Source: Laetmonice hystrix (Eukaryota). Taken from it: a DNA stretch of 64,000 bases. The position numbers were made by a program, and so were the translations under genes. This document shows positions 36,403 through 49,000 of this stretch, one piece after another; position 1 is the stretch's first letter, and each line of letters opens with the position of its first letter. Below the pieces are notes generated by a model. It had not been told where the DNA came from. It did not search any database and saw only the letters and a list, made by a program, of their open reading frames with translations. The stretch is taken from contig OZ249439.1 of assembly GCA_965235115.1 (NCBI GenBank), positions 17,236,001 through 17,300,000 on the forward strand, in the 5' to 3' direction.

Positions 36403-39400
36403 TTAACAAGATGCCGAGTCAGGGTCAATAAATGACTGAATGATGGCTATAAGAGCAGTCACTGTTCCTGCAGTGAAGCCAATCACTGCGAAGATAAGCA
36501 GGAGAATGTCTTTGACCAGTGCCCACATTGGTAATCCCCCTGCGGGCCAGAACACGACGATCTCTAAGAGTGGTGGAAAGACCAAGGCAATGGCTGTACT
36601 CGCCAGGGCTCCAATCAGCGAGATCATAAGATCAAGATGCGGAATGATGACCGCCAACAAAACTGTTCAAAAAACAAAAAGCAAACAGCGATACTGGAAT
36701 TGAATCATGAAAACAAAGACAACTATTATGGTGACCCGCCATTTTATGTAGTACATCTTACTACACGGAGATATTCTGCGCTATTTTATAGTCTTATAGC
36801 TGCTATGAAACTGTAAATAAAACTGTCAAAATGAAAGTAAAGTCACAGTTACAATACCAACTGACACGTTCGTGTATATATCCTGGTGCTTAATATAGTG
36901 TGAAGGATCAGCATGCTAATATTAGATTTACGAGCTTTTGTCGCCAATCTGTCTACCAATATGTTTATCATAAGATGAAATGCTCCATTATAGTCTAAGT
37001 TATAGTAACGCGGGAAAGCACCTTATGCCATGATTTTATGCTCCCAAAAAGTGAACTAAAACAATTTCCATTTTAAGTTTGGTTACATACATACAAAGTT
37101 ATACATATACCGGTACACAAGGCGGGGCTACATACATGTTATGATAACAGTGATAGTCTTGAAGATGTACTCCCCGGCAGTTCTGAGAGTCGGTCCTCTT
37201 ATACGATCCCGTATCAACGGCCACACTATATTATGTGGCACGAAAAACTGAAGCGGGTAGGTAAAGAAAATGGCCACTGATATCAGCAAGTCCACGCTGA
37301 GATAGAGCCTTCAAAGAAAGAAAAGGCCAGTAAGGTTTGTGATAAGTCGCCAATCAAGGGTTTAATATTATGGTTAACGGCAAATAGGAAGGACCTATAA
37401 AAGGGTTTGCAGGAATATTAAAATATCTTGAGGAACATAAACATAGTTACATGTACATTTCTATTTGCAAAAATCAGTCTAAAACGTAAAACTAAAAGGA
37501 GGAAACGGCAATATAACAATCAAATTCATTCTTTCATTGTTTTCTCCTACCTTATGTTCTGTAAAACTGTGATATTACCCTAAGAGATTTTATTAATTAG
37601 ATGAAGCTTTTCTGGAGCAGAAAACATAACCTGTGACTAAATGACATAAATCTGATGTTAAGTCAACTGGATGAAGATTCATTCCCTGTATTTCATGACG
37701 TATTCTTAATAAAGGCAAGAAACACTTTCATACCAGTTGTCCCCTGGAAGGTTGAGAGTGATGCTACCACAAACGTCTTCTCCTGCTTTCAGATACCCAT
37801 AGAAACCAACAGATGTGTAGAGGACCGTGACAATTACCATACCTGTATTTAGAACACCTGTCAGCCCAACAAAATCTTCTGGAGTCTTCATTTTATTTTC
37901 TATCGGAAGAACCTGAAAATAAGAACACAACTTCCAAACAACGTGTCATTTCTATTTATGAAAAATGGAAAATTTCTGTCATACTGTAACCCACCACTCC
38001 AATTCCCTCAAAAGCAAACACTGCTGTTCCAAAGTAGAGGGGGAATGTTGCCCATGAGTTAAAGGCTGGGTATCTGGAGACTGGGGGCAGGTCTTGGAAG
38101 CACCACTGAAGGATAATGATGAGGCCAAGCAGGACAAAGACGTTGGCAAGGAGGGAAAACCAGGCTAGATGTTTGAGGCGGCGAATGTAGACGACTGGCA
38201 GGAGTAAGACCAATGTGATGACCATGTATACTGCCAGATGCAATGTAAAGCCTGGGTATTGTGATACTACCACCTGTCATCAAATAGAGGACAATTTCTT
38301 CAGAGTCACACAATAACAGGCAATGAGGTACATTATTCAAAGTGCCTCCATCAGTAGCGAACTTGATGAATAAGCTGCCTTAGTATTGTTATTTCGGACT
38401 AAATTACCTTCTTTCTCTTGAATTAAGACAGACATCATAAGGAGACTTTGGACACATACACTGTGTTATCAAAGACACTTAAATGTTGGGTGATATGAGA
38501 TTTATTTTACCTACTTTGTCACGCAGCTAAAAAACTACTTCATTTACCGCTTGGATGTTTTTTCCGATGAAAAGCATGTACACGCAGCAGAATCCATACT
38601 GTGTTATGCTGATGAAAACGTTTATGGCAACACTGAAACAAGGTAGCCAAGAAATATGAAAATCTTTGACCAGATACTTATCAGCAACAGTTTCAGTCTT
38701 CTACTTAGACATATGAAAGAAAATAGTTCAATTATACAAAGATATTCCTCTTGCGATAATTACAGTAGTAAGTCGTAATTACCGGCAACCCTTCTTTCTG
38801 GATTCATTTTAAAATATAGAAATAGACAAAGCTTTAACATTATTGTAGTAGATAGTAGTAGTATTAATTTGAAGAACATAACTGATTCAATCACTTACAC
38901 AGCAACTTTCGAAAACTTCCTGGTTGTGAGAGGACCAGAATCAAATGCCTGTTTGACTACACCCCCATAGTCCAAAGTTACAGCACCAGTCCTATTATAT
39001 AAATATAAGTGTAAACCATATAATGCAGGAGATCTGCAACACTATTCCTATTGCAAAAAAGTTTCGGTAGTGTAAAATGTGTATTGACATTTCTTAATTT
39101 GATTTGTGAATTTTAGCTATGTACGCACATATAATTATAAATGATCATAATTCTATTAGGTACGGGTACAGGGAAAAACGTCAGAGAGCAAAAATTAGAC
39201 TCACCTTGCACAAAGTTCATGACAGCTTTTCACCAAGAGATGCATGCAATGCACACATATGACCCCCATAACCAGAACCCCAACGGTTCCAACCTAAAAT
39301 GCAATGTTTGCCTTTTGTACTTCTTGCGGAGTGCTATTGGAAATATTATATTTTCAGCAACCAAAGAGATGCTTTAAAGTCGTTTAGAAATTTATTCTGA

Positions 39401-40084
39401 CAGCGATTCCTTTATGGCCTTTTGTGCTCAAGCACAGCCTTTCTGGTACAAAGAATGATCATGGCTCCATCCTAATTATCCATATGACAATATGGAATAC
39501 CGAGGTACAACCAAAATGTTCTTTACAGGAAAAAAAACTGTCCATCATAATGGTTTTTAACAGTCAAGGCTGATATTTCACAGACTACGTCATATATACT
39601 TACCCAAATACATACCATTTGAACCTTTTCAACATTTATGTGCAGCACATATACTTACCCAGAGCCCTGCATTTTTGAAGGCTGACGGCATAGCAAGAAT
39701 CCCTGTCCCTACCATCCCCTTCATGAGATGCATCATGCTCTGGTTATTTCTAAAAAATGTTGCACAGAAATTTTAGTATTTCATTTTAAGTTATCATCAT
39801 AGATGTCTCACTGCATCCCGTTTGCTGCTGTATGTCAGTGAGAAACGTGACACAATGCAGCTACAGAAAACAACTGAGATCATCTGTTAACACAACAATC
39901 GTCCTTACGTTGTGGTGTGTGGCATGGACTCCCGGGCTATTGCTATGGATGCAGCAATACTAGCCGAGGAAGGGATGGTGCCATATGTTGTGCCGCCTCC
40001 CGAAGGATTGGCTAGGTTGGAGCTACTGTTGGCTTCATTTGGGCTGTTGGCTGATGTCAACGCACTCTTGTCATTGTCCTCCAT
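36403..40084 (-). CDS. SLC36A: Proton-coupled amino acid transporter, SLC36 (PAT) family, 9 coding exons, 474 aa
   Basis: Hand-spliced complement(join): 39909-40084, 39659-39749, 39205-39293, 38899-38991, 38548-38632, 37995-38273, 37734-37912, 37136-37308, 36403-36662. All introns are GT-AG, phases are consistent, total 1425 nt. Family motifs: [102 protein letters not shown]. The paralog (A1 vs A4) cannot be resolved by eye. Confidence 0.95.
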
Positions 40085-42906
40085 GACTGCTTCCTAAAAG
40101 TTAACATTAAAACAGAAAAAAATCATCAACTTTTCACCATAAAAAGATAAATTTAAAGTAGCCAGTATATAAATGTAGAGGTACCATAGAACTGCGAATT
40201 GTAAAATTGCCTGCACAGTCGCCAGATCTGAAACCTTGTGACTGGGGGTATGGTAAAAGAACGTGTTTATGCTACACAAGATCAAGCCATGTGATTCGCG
40301 ACATGTCTGGCAGAACATTCAAAATGTGTACCAGAATAAATGTGTATGGTATCCGGTGTCTAAAGACAACCTGCATAAGATTTGAGGTATGTCTCGGCAG
40401 TGACTGCGAACGAGCAGAGACTCGTTGACTTTTTGAAACAATTATTTTTAACGTTGTGGCAATTTTGACCTCTTCAGCGATTCTAAAGCCATGAAAATAT
40501 GTCCCAGTACACTCTATAGTCTATTTCCCCACAGCTATATGTTTCTATATGCTATGTCTATCTAGCATTTTTAACTTTTAAACTCTCTGACCCAGTTTAG
40601 TTTGGTTAGTGGAATAGTTTCTTGGAGTGGGAAAGTTGACTGTGGACTGATGCACCTAGGAATTTACCCAGCTTCCTCAAACATCATTACATCTATAGAT
40701 TTACTGGTAGCTTTACTTTACTGGTTCGTAATTACCAGTATTTTTCTAAAAAAAAGCACCTGAAACGTATGACCTTATGATAATAACGCATGTGACTTCT
40801 CCAAAAACCCACCCCCTGACAATCTGGCCCTTATCTTTTATTCATCAGATATTCCAGAGATATCCTATAATGTCAGATAACACCCCCTTCTATCACAAGT
40901 TACTGCTCTCTGAATCACCAGACAAAAGTATTAGTATTATCCAAAATCTCTCTACTATAATACCAAAATTGGCAAATATACAGACATCAATATTAAAATG
41001 ATTTTATTCATATATTGTTCAAAAATAATGTTTAAAGCGTTTTCAACGTTTGACCTGCGACGTGTCCTCCCAGTTTCTTCTGACTTTTTTTTTAATGAAG
41101 TCTCCTAATTATGCCCTTTAACAGGTGAATGTTTTGTGGTACACAGGATCCTTCCCTGATCAGGATCAATAATATCCAATAACAACCACGTCAAACCATT
41201 ATAATCAGGAGAGGCATATTGCATGACTCCTTAAATGAATGACTTTGACTATACACATAGTCCTGCAGTTTCTGTCTGTCATATCTTGTGGAAAGTTTAT
41301 TGGCACACCTATACTGCCGTGAAATGACAAAAGGAAGCAAGTCCAAAAGTTCAAGTTTCGAGAAATGGACATCAACAAGTTTTCTCTACAGTGCACTTGG
41401 CTGACTTGCTCCCTTTTGTCATGTGACTGATGGCTTTATAGAAGGATGTTTAGCAGAAATACACCCATTGATAGATAGGACTTACTTCCCTAATTCTAAA
41501 TTTACACTTAAGTCGATTATGATGAAAGTTGGACTTGCTTCCTGTTGTAATTGCACGGCAGTATACCATTGCAAGTCCAGTACTGATGATTCTAAAATAT
41601 TCGGTACCGTATCCCTTTATTCTACCAACATCATCAACCTAGACAGACTGAGTAATAAGATCGAAATGTTGTGCCTTAAAATTGTTGAAAAATTACAGCC
41701 TCCTTTTGCAGTGAAAAAACATGTGTCCAAGGATAAAGGTAAAGTTCTTCCAATAAACCTTAATTTCTGTCATTTGTAAACTTTATGACAATCTAAGGCA
41801 GAACTCCTGGTTTTAAGAGGGATTGACTTGGAATGATGCTATTCCAAGCCATTCTAACCGTTCTCTAACAATTTACTACAGTGAGGTACTATGAAAAATG
41901 TTAGTAATTTCTGAACACAGCAATACACCAGTCCAAGTTACCACCTACATAACAGCTTAGTCTTGTAAGATACAGTGCATTAATTAATGATTTAGGTGAC
42001 TGGTTTGCTCAGCTGCTACATCTAGCCACATATTGTCATTATGCGTTTACTTAATATGATTGACACCTTTTTGATCATCCCGGTATTTGTACATGTACAT
42101 GTCATACGGTGTTAAGTACAACCTGCATACTGTAGGCGACAAACAATCTTAAGTTATGCCACTCACAAGAGCTGGTATTTTTAGAATAAGATACTTACAT
42201 TCTTGAGTGGTATGTGGTATACTGGAACAGTATCCTCCGTTACTTCAACATTACTTGTGATTGCTACACCACTGTCTACTGAATTAAGGCTGTAATTAGA
42301 TTTTGACCGTGAGAACATGGTCATGGAACTTTTAAAAAAGATCTATATTCTTATGCACTGCCAAGCAGAGACACTTTTCAGCTGCCTATTAGATTCTCCA
42401 AAGCAGTACAGATCGAGGTGGTGCGATAGTGTTTAATATACTTGAGGGAGACTGAAGGAGTGATACTGATATAAACTTAAAGGGGCAATGCTGACGTCCT
42501 TCTTTTCAAACTGTCAATATAGAACAATTTATCACTACTCACTATTGTAATGAAAAAGCTGCTTTCTGACTGGTCAAGACACTCACAACACAAAGCCTTA
42601 AAGACACTTTTGTACTTTAGTATGAAAACTTCATTCTAATCATGGAAGAAAAATTACATAGGGCTCACTGTAGGTGGCATTTTATTTTCAGACTGTGTAG
42701 TATGACACTGTGATATTGTTACTGGAACTATGATAACTCGATAGGAGTAATTTTACGTCATGCTCGCATGGTTGACCAACCCTAGATGATGAGACCCTAT
42801 TTTAAACATTAGAGCAGGGTAAGAAGTTTTTTGAGGTCGATTATGGCTCTTTCAACCTCAAATCAATTATGGATAACATAATTTTTCAGCATATAATCAA
42901 GGCCAG

Positions 42907-43293
42907 GGGCCAGTTTTTAAATCAAATGGCTGCAGTAAGACTATTACTAGGCTTACCGTAAGTCTAAAACCTGAATTCCCGTTTTTAAATCAGCATGCTT
43001 GCCTGACTTAGGTAAGTCTAAGCCTGGTGACGAAGAAACACGGATTCCGCTATGATGGAAACGCCACACTAGCATGTAGAATGCACTTTGAAGCTATTAT
43101 TTTGCTCCAATGATGGCAAAATCCATGGAATTCCTTCATGCCAACATTTGACTGTCAGCTCATGTTGTCTTTGGTAGCTGTCTTAAAAGGTGAGCCTAGG
43201 CTTAAACTCTAAGCCTCTGTCGGCTGATTTAAAAGCAGAAACGTAAGACTAGGCTCAGTCTTAGGCCTAAGACTGTGATTTAAAAACCGGACC
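42907..43293. mobile_element. MITE, Harbinger-like (CAG TSD), in SLC36 intron 1
   Basis: TIRs gggccagtttttaaatca / tgatttaaaaaccggacc, with CAG on both flanks. Repeated subterminal agcctag/taagact motifs. Confidence 0.75.
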
Positions 43294-44076
43294 CAGATGT
43301 TTGGGGTGCATTGGCCTTTTTTCAATTGGCTATAAGGGCACCAAGTCCAGAGAAATTAGACAGCCAAAATTCTCAATGTAAAATCATATCCTGTTACCGT
43401 ATATTACATACCGGTAATTATTGCATCTGTAGGCCTATACGTACCGTAGGCCCCATAATCCAATAACATATCATTATTTTCCCCGCCTGCCACATTCTTT
43501 CACTGTCTATATGAAACAGAACCAACATCAGCAAGTTACTGAGTTAGAACTTAATAAGAAAGACAAAAATCACTACACATGTACCTATACGGTACAATAG
43601 AACATTAGTGTTTTGAATTGGTTAATCGGCCCATTACTAGTCTTGTTGACTGGCCTTCCCCTGGAAGGATTGGCCTTTTATACTGGAGACTGGACATAAC
43701 CTTTTGTACCATACCATGCATCTGTTGCCAGGTGGATACCTTCACTTTGTCACATGAATTCTTTAATTGGTCGTTTTTTCGACTGACAATCTCCAAATTG
43801 CCAGAAACAAGATTTATTCAGCTGCTCTTGACTTTTATAAATATCGCACAGTGCCATCAAATGAGTCATCACAAGCTCTCTCAGCATGGGAAAAGCATTG
43901 TAACGTCACTCATAAATTCAAATAAATTTGTTTGGATTCAGTAATTAAATTAGTCAAACTAATTAAGGTAATTTTATTAAATTTAGTCCCTGTCAGCTAC
44001 ATGTACAGTACACTAGATCTAGGCCTCCCTTTAAAGTTTAATTTAACGCAGTGTACCGAATCCAAACAAATTGCTT

Positions 44077-44100
44077 GGGTTAGGGTTAGGGTCAGGTTAG
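44077..44100 (+). repeat. Short interstitial telomere-like tract
   Basis: gggttagggttagggtcaggttag contains two perfect TTAGGG plus degenerate copies. Confidence 0.7.
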
Positions 44101-44162
44101 TTTTATTCTGTCTCAAATTGGGTGTTAGTTAGCAGGTGTTGATAGTCGGCTATTCAGCATTA

Positions 44163-44435
44163 CGCAGTGGTTATTGTGCCGTCAGATGGCCGAATAAGTA
44201 AATTAGTTTGACTAGGGCCTAATTACTGACACACAACAATGACAATGTGTTTGGGTTTGGGTAAAGGTTAGGCCTAGCCCTAGGGTTAGTGTTAGTTTAT
44301 ACTAAATAGTCCCAAAATTGTTAATTAGGCACTAATTATTAGATAATCCGCTATTCTGCCATTAGACATCATCCAATAAAAATCCAGTATTGCAGTCACA
44401 TGACCCATCCATACGCCGGCAGAATAACCACTGCC
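44163..44435. mobile_element. Tourist-like (PIF/Harbinger) MITE with TTA TSD
   Basis: TIRs gcagtggttattgtgccg / cggcagaataaccactgc (17/18), with TTA on both flanks. Confidence 0.7.
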
Positions 44436-44720
44436 TTAGGCTGTTAGGTGGCTTAACATTATGTTAATTGTTATGATCACGTGACCCCGCTACACTCACA
44501 CTGCCTTTCAACTTAAAATTCAAGATCATTGTAGGCCCAATTGATGCGGTCGATTGCCATCAACCCACAAACATTTATTGGCTAGTCACAGACATAATTT
44601 GTTTCGTGTCGGTAATATAGATCTACTTAATTAAAGTTAATATATTATAATAAGTCATTCAAAAATGTCTCTTTAGGTTTTAACGACGACGTAGGCCTAA
44701 CGTTACTCGTTAGACCCTAG

Positions 44721-45108
44721 CCGTGGCTTCAACCCGCTTAGGACCGGTGTCGCGGTCTCAGATCTCCGTTGGTCTCAGAACTCCGGGGGCATGGTTTCCT
44801 ATTGTTTAGATGCTGAATCTGACTAAGTGAGCACGCGCGAGTCGCTGTTTGGGCTCACACCTCCGGTCGTCTGCTACTGCTAGCCTACCTGATGGGTGGT
44901 GGAGTTTTCTTCCAAACAAGACTAAAGGACAGTCTGGATAGGTAAACTGTAAACCAAGTATCGTAGAGGAGATGAGAGTTATTACGTGTGACTCAACTGA
45001 GAGCTGATATTTCGGATAGTTCGACTAGAACACACGGCGATGCAGCTAACCTCCCGGAGATCTGAGACCGCGGAGATCTGAGACCGCGACACCGGACTCA
45101 AGCCACGG
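44721..45108. mobile_element. Fold-back element with about 60-bp imperfect inverted ends
   Basis: ccgtggctt...ccggtgtcgcggtctcagatctccg is mirrored by cggagatctgagaccgcgacaccgg...aagccacgg. No clear TSD. Confidence 0.65.
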
Positions 45109-45119
45109 TTGATACTTAC

Positions 45120-45300
45120 CTGTTATCTGCATCATAATATGAAATCGGATAGATAACATTTGAGCCTTTCCTTTTGGGGGAGGTGTCAATCAGGATATCG
45201 ATAACAAAACAATTATGGGAGTTTGACAAGTTGAAGCAGAAGGCATAACAATACACTGACACCCGCCTCCTCGTACTTCGCTACTTTGCTAGCAGCCAGA
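45120..45300 (-). other. Probable non-coding first exon (5' UTR) of the SLC36 gene
   Basis: Perfect CAG|GTAAGT donor on the minus strand at 45120/45119, next to the CpG-rich promoter. The acceptor at 40093 lies 9 nt before the ATG, so an upstream exon is required. The 5' boundary is approximate. Confidence 0.55.
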
Positions 45301-46024
45301 ACAGGGTATTTCCTGACCTACATAGCTCTAATGACGTCACACCCTGGATTCCAGCTATGAGATTTAGCCTCTTCCCTCTAAACCCCCCTCTAACGCGCAT
45401 CTTATAACTGCAAAATCATTTAGTTCTAGATTCTAGTTCCATAAAAAAGAACTAAAATATAAATAAATAAATAAAAACCATAGGGATTCCGGCAGAGGCT
45501 ATGCTTTCATTTTAATAGTCTGGTGGAGTCTGGTGTAGCCTGTAGTGTAGTGTAGGGTATGAAAATAGGAAATCATTTTGGTCATCTTTACGAGTTTTAT
45601 TGTGTTTAGCGCTTAAATTTTCATACACTATATTTAAACACAAACCTGTTAAAATTATGCAATTTTGTGCACTTGATTGCCGGCACACTCTTTGATTTTA
45701 TATACGAGCAGGCACGAGGCCCCAGATGAATACCAGTTACTGTGAGCAGAGCCTAGAACATCGATCTAGGCCACTAGATCTAGTACTAAATAGCGCACTC
45801 GCGTAATTTGGTATATTGTATGGTTAGAAACTCAGTAGACAAATACTTTCGAATCTATTCGTTTCCTATACAGTAATAATGATTATAATATATTTAAAAA
45901 GAAAAATGGGATACTTTATTGAGGGAGTTTCTAAATTGTAATGGGGCCCTATCTTGTCTTCTCAGCAAAAAAAAATTGAAGCAAACTAATTACCAAAACG
46001 TAACTGGAATCCATCGTGACAGTC
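45300..46024. promoter_or_regulatory. Candidate bidirectional promoter between SLC36 (-) and CHM (+)
   Basis: Divergent gene starts about 0.7-0.9 kb apart. Palindromic CRE TGACGTCA at 45332-45339. CpG-rich flanks. Confidence 0.6.
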
Positions 46025-49000
46025 ATGGCGGACGACAAGTTGCCATCTGAATATGATGCAATTGTTTTGGGAACCGGTAGGTAATGAACTCGGGCAGTTG
46101 AGAAATAACTTGATACAGTCTTTAATATGATGTAGGCCTAGGTGCTACCTAGAGGGCGAGCGCAGCGACGGGAGGCCTACAACTATAACAATATACGATG
46201 TCACTGTCAGGACTGGTCACTTAGCAGCATAGTTCAGTTTCTAAACGGTGTCTTCCAGAACACCGTTTAGTTGTCGAGTGACGCTGGCCTAGCGACTCAT
46301 AGACGCTCTGCGAAGAGGTCCGTTATCGCAACTTTGCGGCCTTCGTTTTGGTACTAAACTTCTTTCACGGAGTATGAAATCGATTTTTATAGAGAGCCAC
46401 GGTATTGAAATTTCTATTCCGACCTTGATTATAATTATTGGACAAATATAACGTCCACACGGTCCGGTTGTTTACGAGCATGTCGGGTCCGTAGCTCCGG
46501 CAGCCATCTGCGGTGCACCGAGTGACCGGGAACTGATAAAAGTTAGATCGCTACTGGTACCCGAAACGGGTAGCTTCACTCTGTGCCGTCAGCGTCTGCT
46601 TGAACAGAGCGCGACCTACTTATGCGGTCTGTTCCGGATCCACTGTAGAGGTTGAAAATACGCACACGCGATAAACTGGGTCACCGCTCGTCACCCGCGC
46701 TGCGCTGTATTTGACCAAACAAACTGAGAATTTCACCTACTAAGATAACATCCAACAAAATACATTTACGTATCTGTTGAAGTAACCTCTTTTGTGTACT
46801 CTCAGCAAGTTTCAGTGCCAAAAGTGGTCTGAAACATGACTTTGAGGCGATGATGCGCGATAGGACCGAGATAGAACCCCGGCAGCATAGCAGTCGCTGG
46901 CGCATTTGTACTCGACGGTCAGAGTCCGTATGGACGTAAGGACTAGGACTCTGACTTGTTGGAGTATTAGCAGCATGGACGTCGGGATATTGTGGCGTCA
47001 CAGTGAACAAATAATCACGCGACTGTTTGTGCACTGTGACGTCACAAATCACACACGCGCTGCAAGGGTCACATGGCCCTCCATGGATTTCTCCATGGAT
47101 TTGCTCCATGGTTTTTCCGGTTCCGGTTTTACGTGACGAAATTTTTTGGTGAGACGGTATGTGTCACCTTGGCTACCCTTTCACACGTGTTGTCATAGAG
47201 CTCGCTTCGCGAGCCGCTGCGCGGCTCGCTGCGCTCGCTACTAAGCGTATACAGTCAAACCTGGATAATCCGACACTGGACAATCCGACAAACTGAAGAT
47301 CCGACACCAATTAGCATGAAAGCAACGGATTACAGTACATTTTGCTTGAAATATCCGACATATTGAATTTCCGACTCCGACACCTAATTCCCCTGACCAA
47401 ACATGCTAAACTGACTGTCAAAACACTCACTAATCCGATACCTGGCTTGGCAGGACTGAGGTCCGACAATGGTTATCATTCAACTCCTGTGTAAACGTGG
47501 AAGTTGCACCTCCCCCCCCCCCCAGTCGCACCTCGCGCCCCACAGTCGCACCTCGCGCCCCACAGTCGCCCCTCCCGCCCCACAGTCGCACCTCCCGCCC
47601 CACAGTCGCCCCTCCCGCCCCACAGTCGCCCCTCCCGCCCCACAGTCGCCCCTTCCACCCCACAGTCAGCATGCGTGCGCCTTATAAGGCCTCACACTAA
47701 AACAGTCGGGCCCCAACTGAGTCTCATATTGTGTTTAATGCTTGGGCGCGAACTTGTCATGTGATGACTTGAGGACTTATATAGGCCCACTGTTCATGTA
47801 CCTTCATTATTTTATGTAGCCTACATGTATAATATTATTAGAGTATGAGTATATAAATGAATTGACAGAACCTTTATGGTATTATTATAGTGTGGTCTAC
47901 ATATAGAATGCACTGCAATACCACTTTAGTCACTCGAACTAACAGCACCCCACCCCATCTTGGCCATCTGACCTAGATTCAACAGTCCGACATATTGAAG
48001 ATCCGACACATTTTTTAAGAAACCAACATGGTCGGATTATCCAGGTTTGACTGTACTTCTTCAAAATTTACCGAATTTATATGTTCAAACCTATACATGT
48101 CGTAGAGGCTCAGCTCAGTTTGACAGCGGCAGTGACAGTGACACTGACTAGTGACAGTGTCACTCCTGAGGGCATTCGGCCCACCTTCGCTCAGGACTGT
48201 CCGGGTCAAATCCTCTCGGCCCTCGCACAGTCGTCACCAGGTTTGTTTTATCACGTGACACAACGTGGTCAAATCGGCGACGGCCGACACACCGACAAAG
48301 GTGAAAGACAAACAGTGTCTGGCTTGTTTAAAAACAGATCTCCGCTTGATACCTCTGGCTCTGACAAGTGGATTAACTTAATAACTAGACGTCAGAGAAA
48401 ATCTATTTAGGTCTCTATAGATACTTTTTTAGATGTTGACATTCCTATTGGCATTGTTTATCATCAGACGGAGGTCAACGTTTGTCCCACGGACGAGCTG
48501 TCTCACTTAGGATTCCCTCGGGATTACTTTGGGCATATGACGTCATTTCTTATGTTGATGCAAGCTAGTAAAGTCATATGATTTCATAAATACTGCAAAA
48601 CTGAATGTGTCGCGGCTGCTAAGAACGATCGAGACTGCAAATTTTCGGAAATTATCCATCCTGATGAACAATCCCGCGTTAGGCCGAATACTGACGGTCT
48701 ATGAACTACTTTGCACCATTGCACACTACGCGAGTTGTGACGTGCCCAAACCCATGGAATCACTGTCATATCTCTACGGCTTGCGAGGTCCGAGACCACA
48801 ACTAGCGAAGCGACCAGAAGTTGGGCCAAGGTTTTCCGAATGACTCCTGAGTGTCGGTGTCTGACTGGTTCCCTGATCAACTCCTATCAGAGATAGAGAC
48901 AGGTACACAGCAGCGCGTTAGCCCATTTCATTGGCTGAAGAGCGACTCGCTTCTGATTGGGGCACACCGATGCCAAATGTTTTTTCTACGTCTACTGATT

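Noticed and set aside
42477-42600. Kolobok/T2-type MITE bounded by TTAA
   Set aside because: The left end fits (TTAA-AGGGG), but there is no matching inverted right end.
40085-45300. N-terminal coding extension of SLC36 from the 45120 exon
   Set aside because: In the required phase there is a TAA immediately before the exon-terminal CAG, so the exon is treated as UTR.
46681-47109. 142-aa minus-strand ORF in CHM intron 1 as a transposase or captured gene
   Set aside because: No DDE, zinc-finger or other recognisable motif. This length is attainable by chance in CG-rich DNA.
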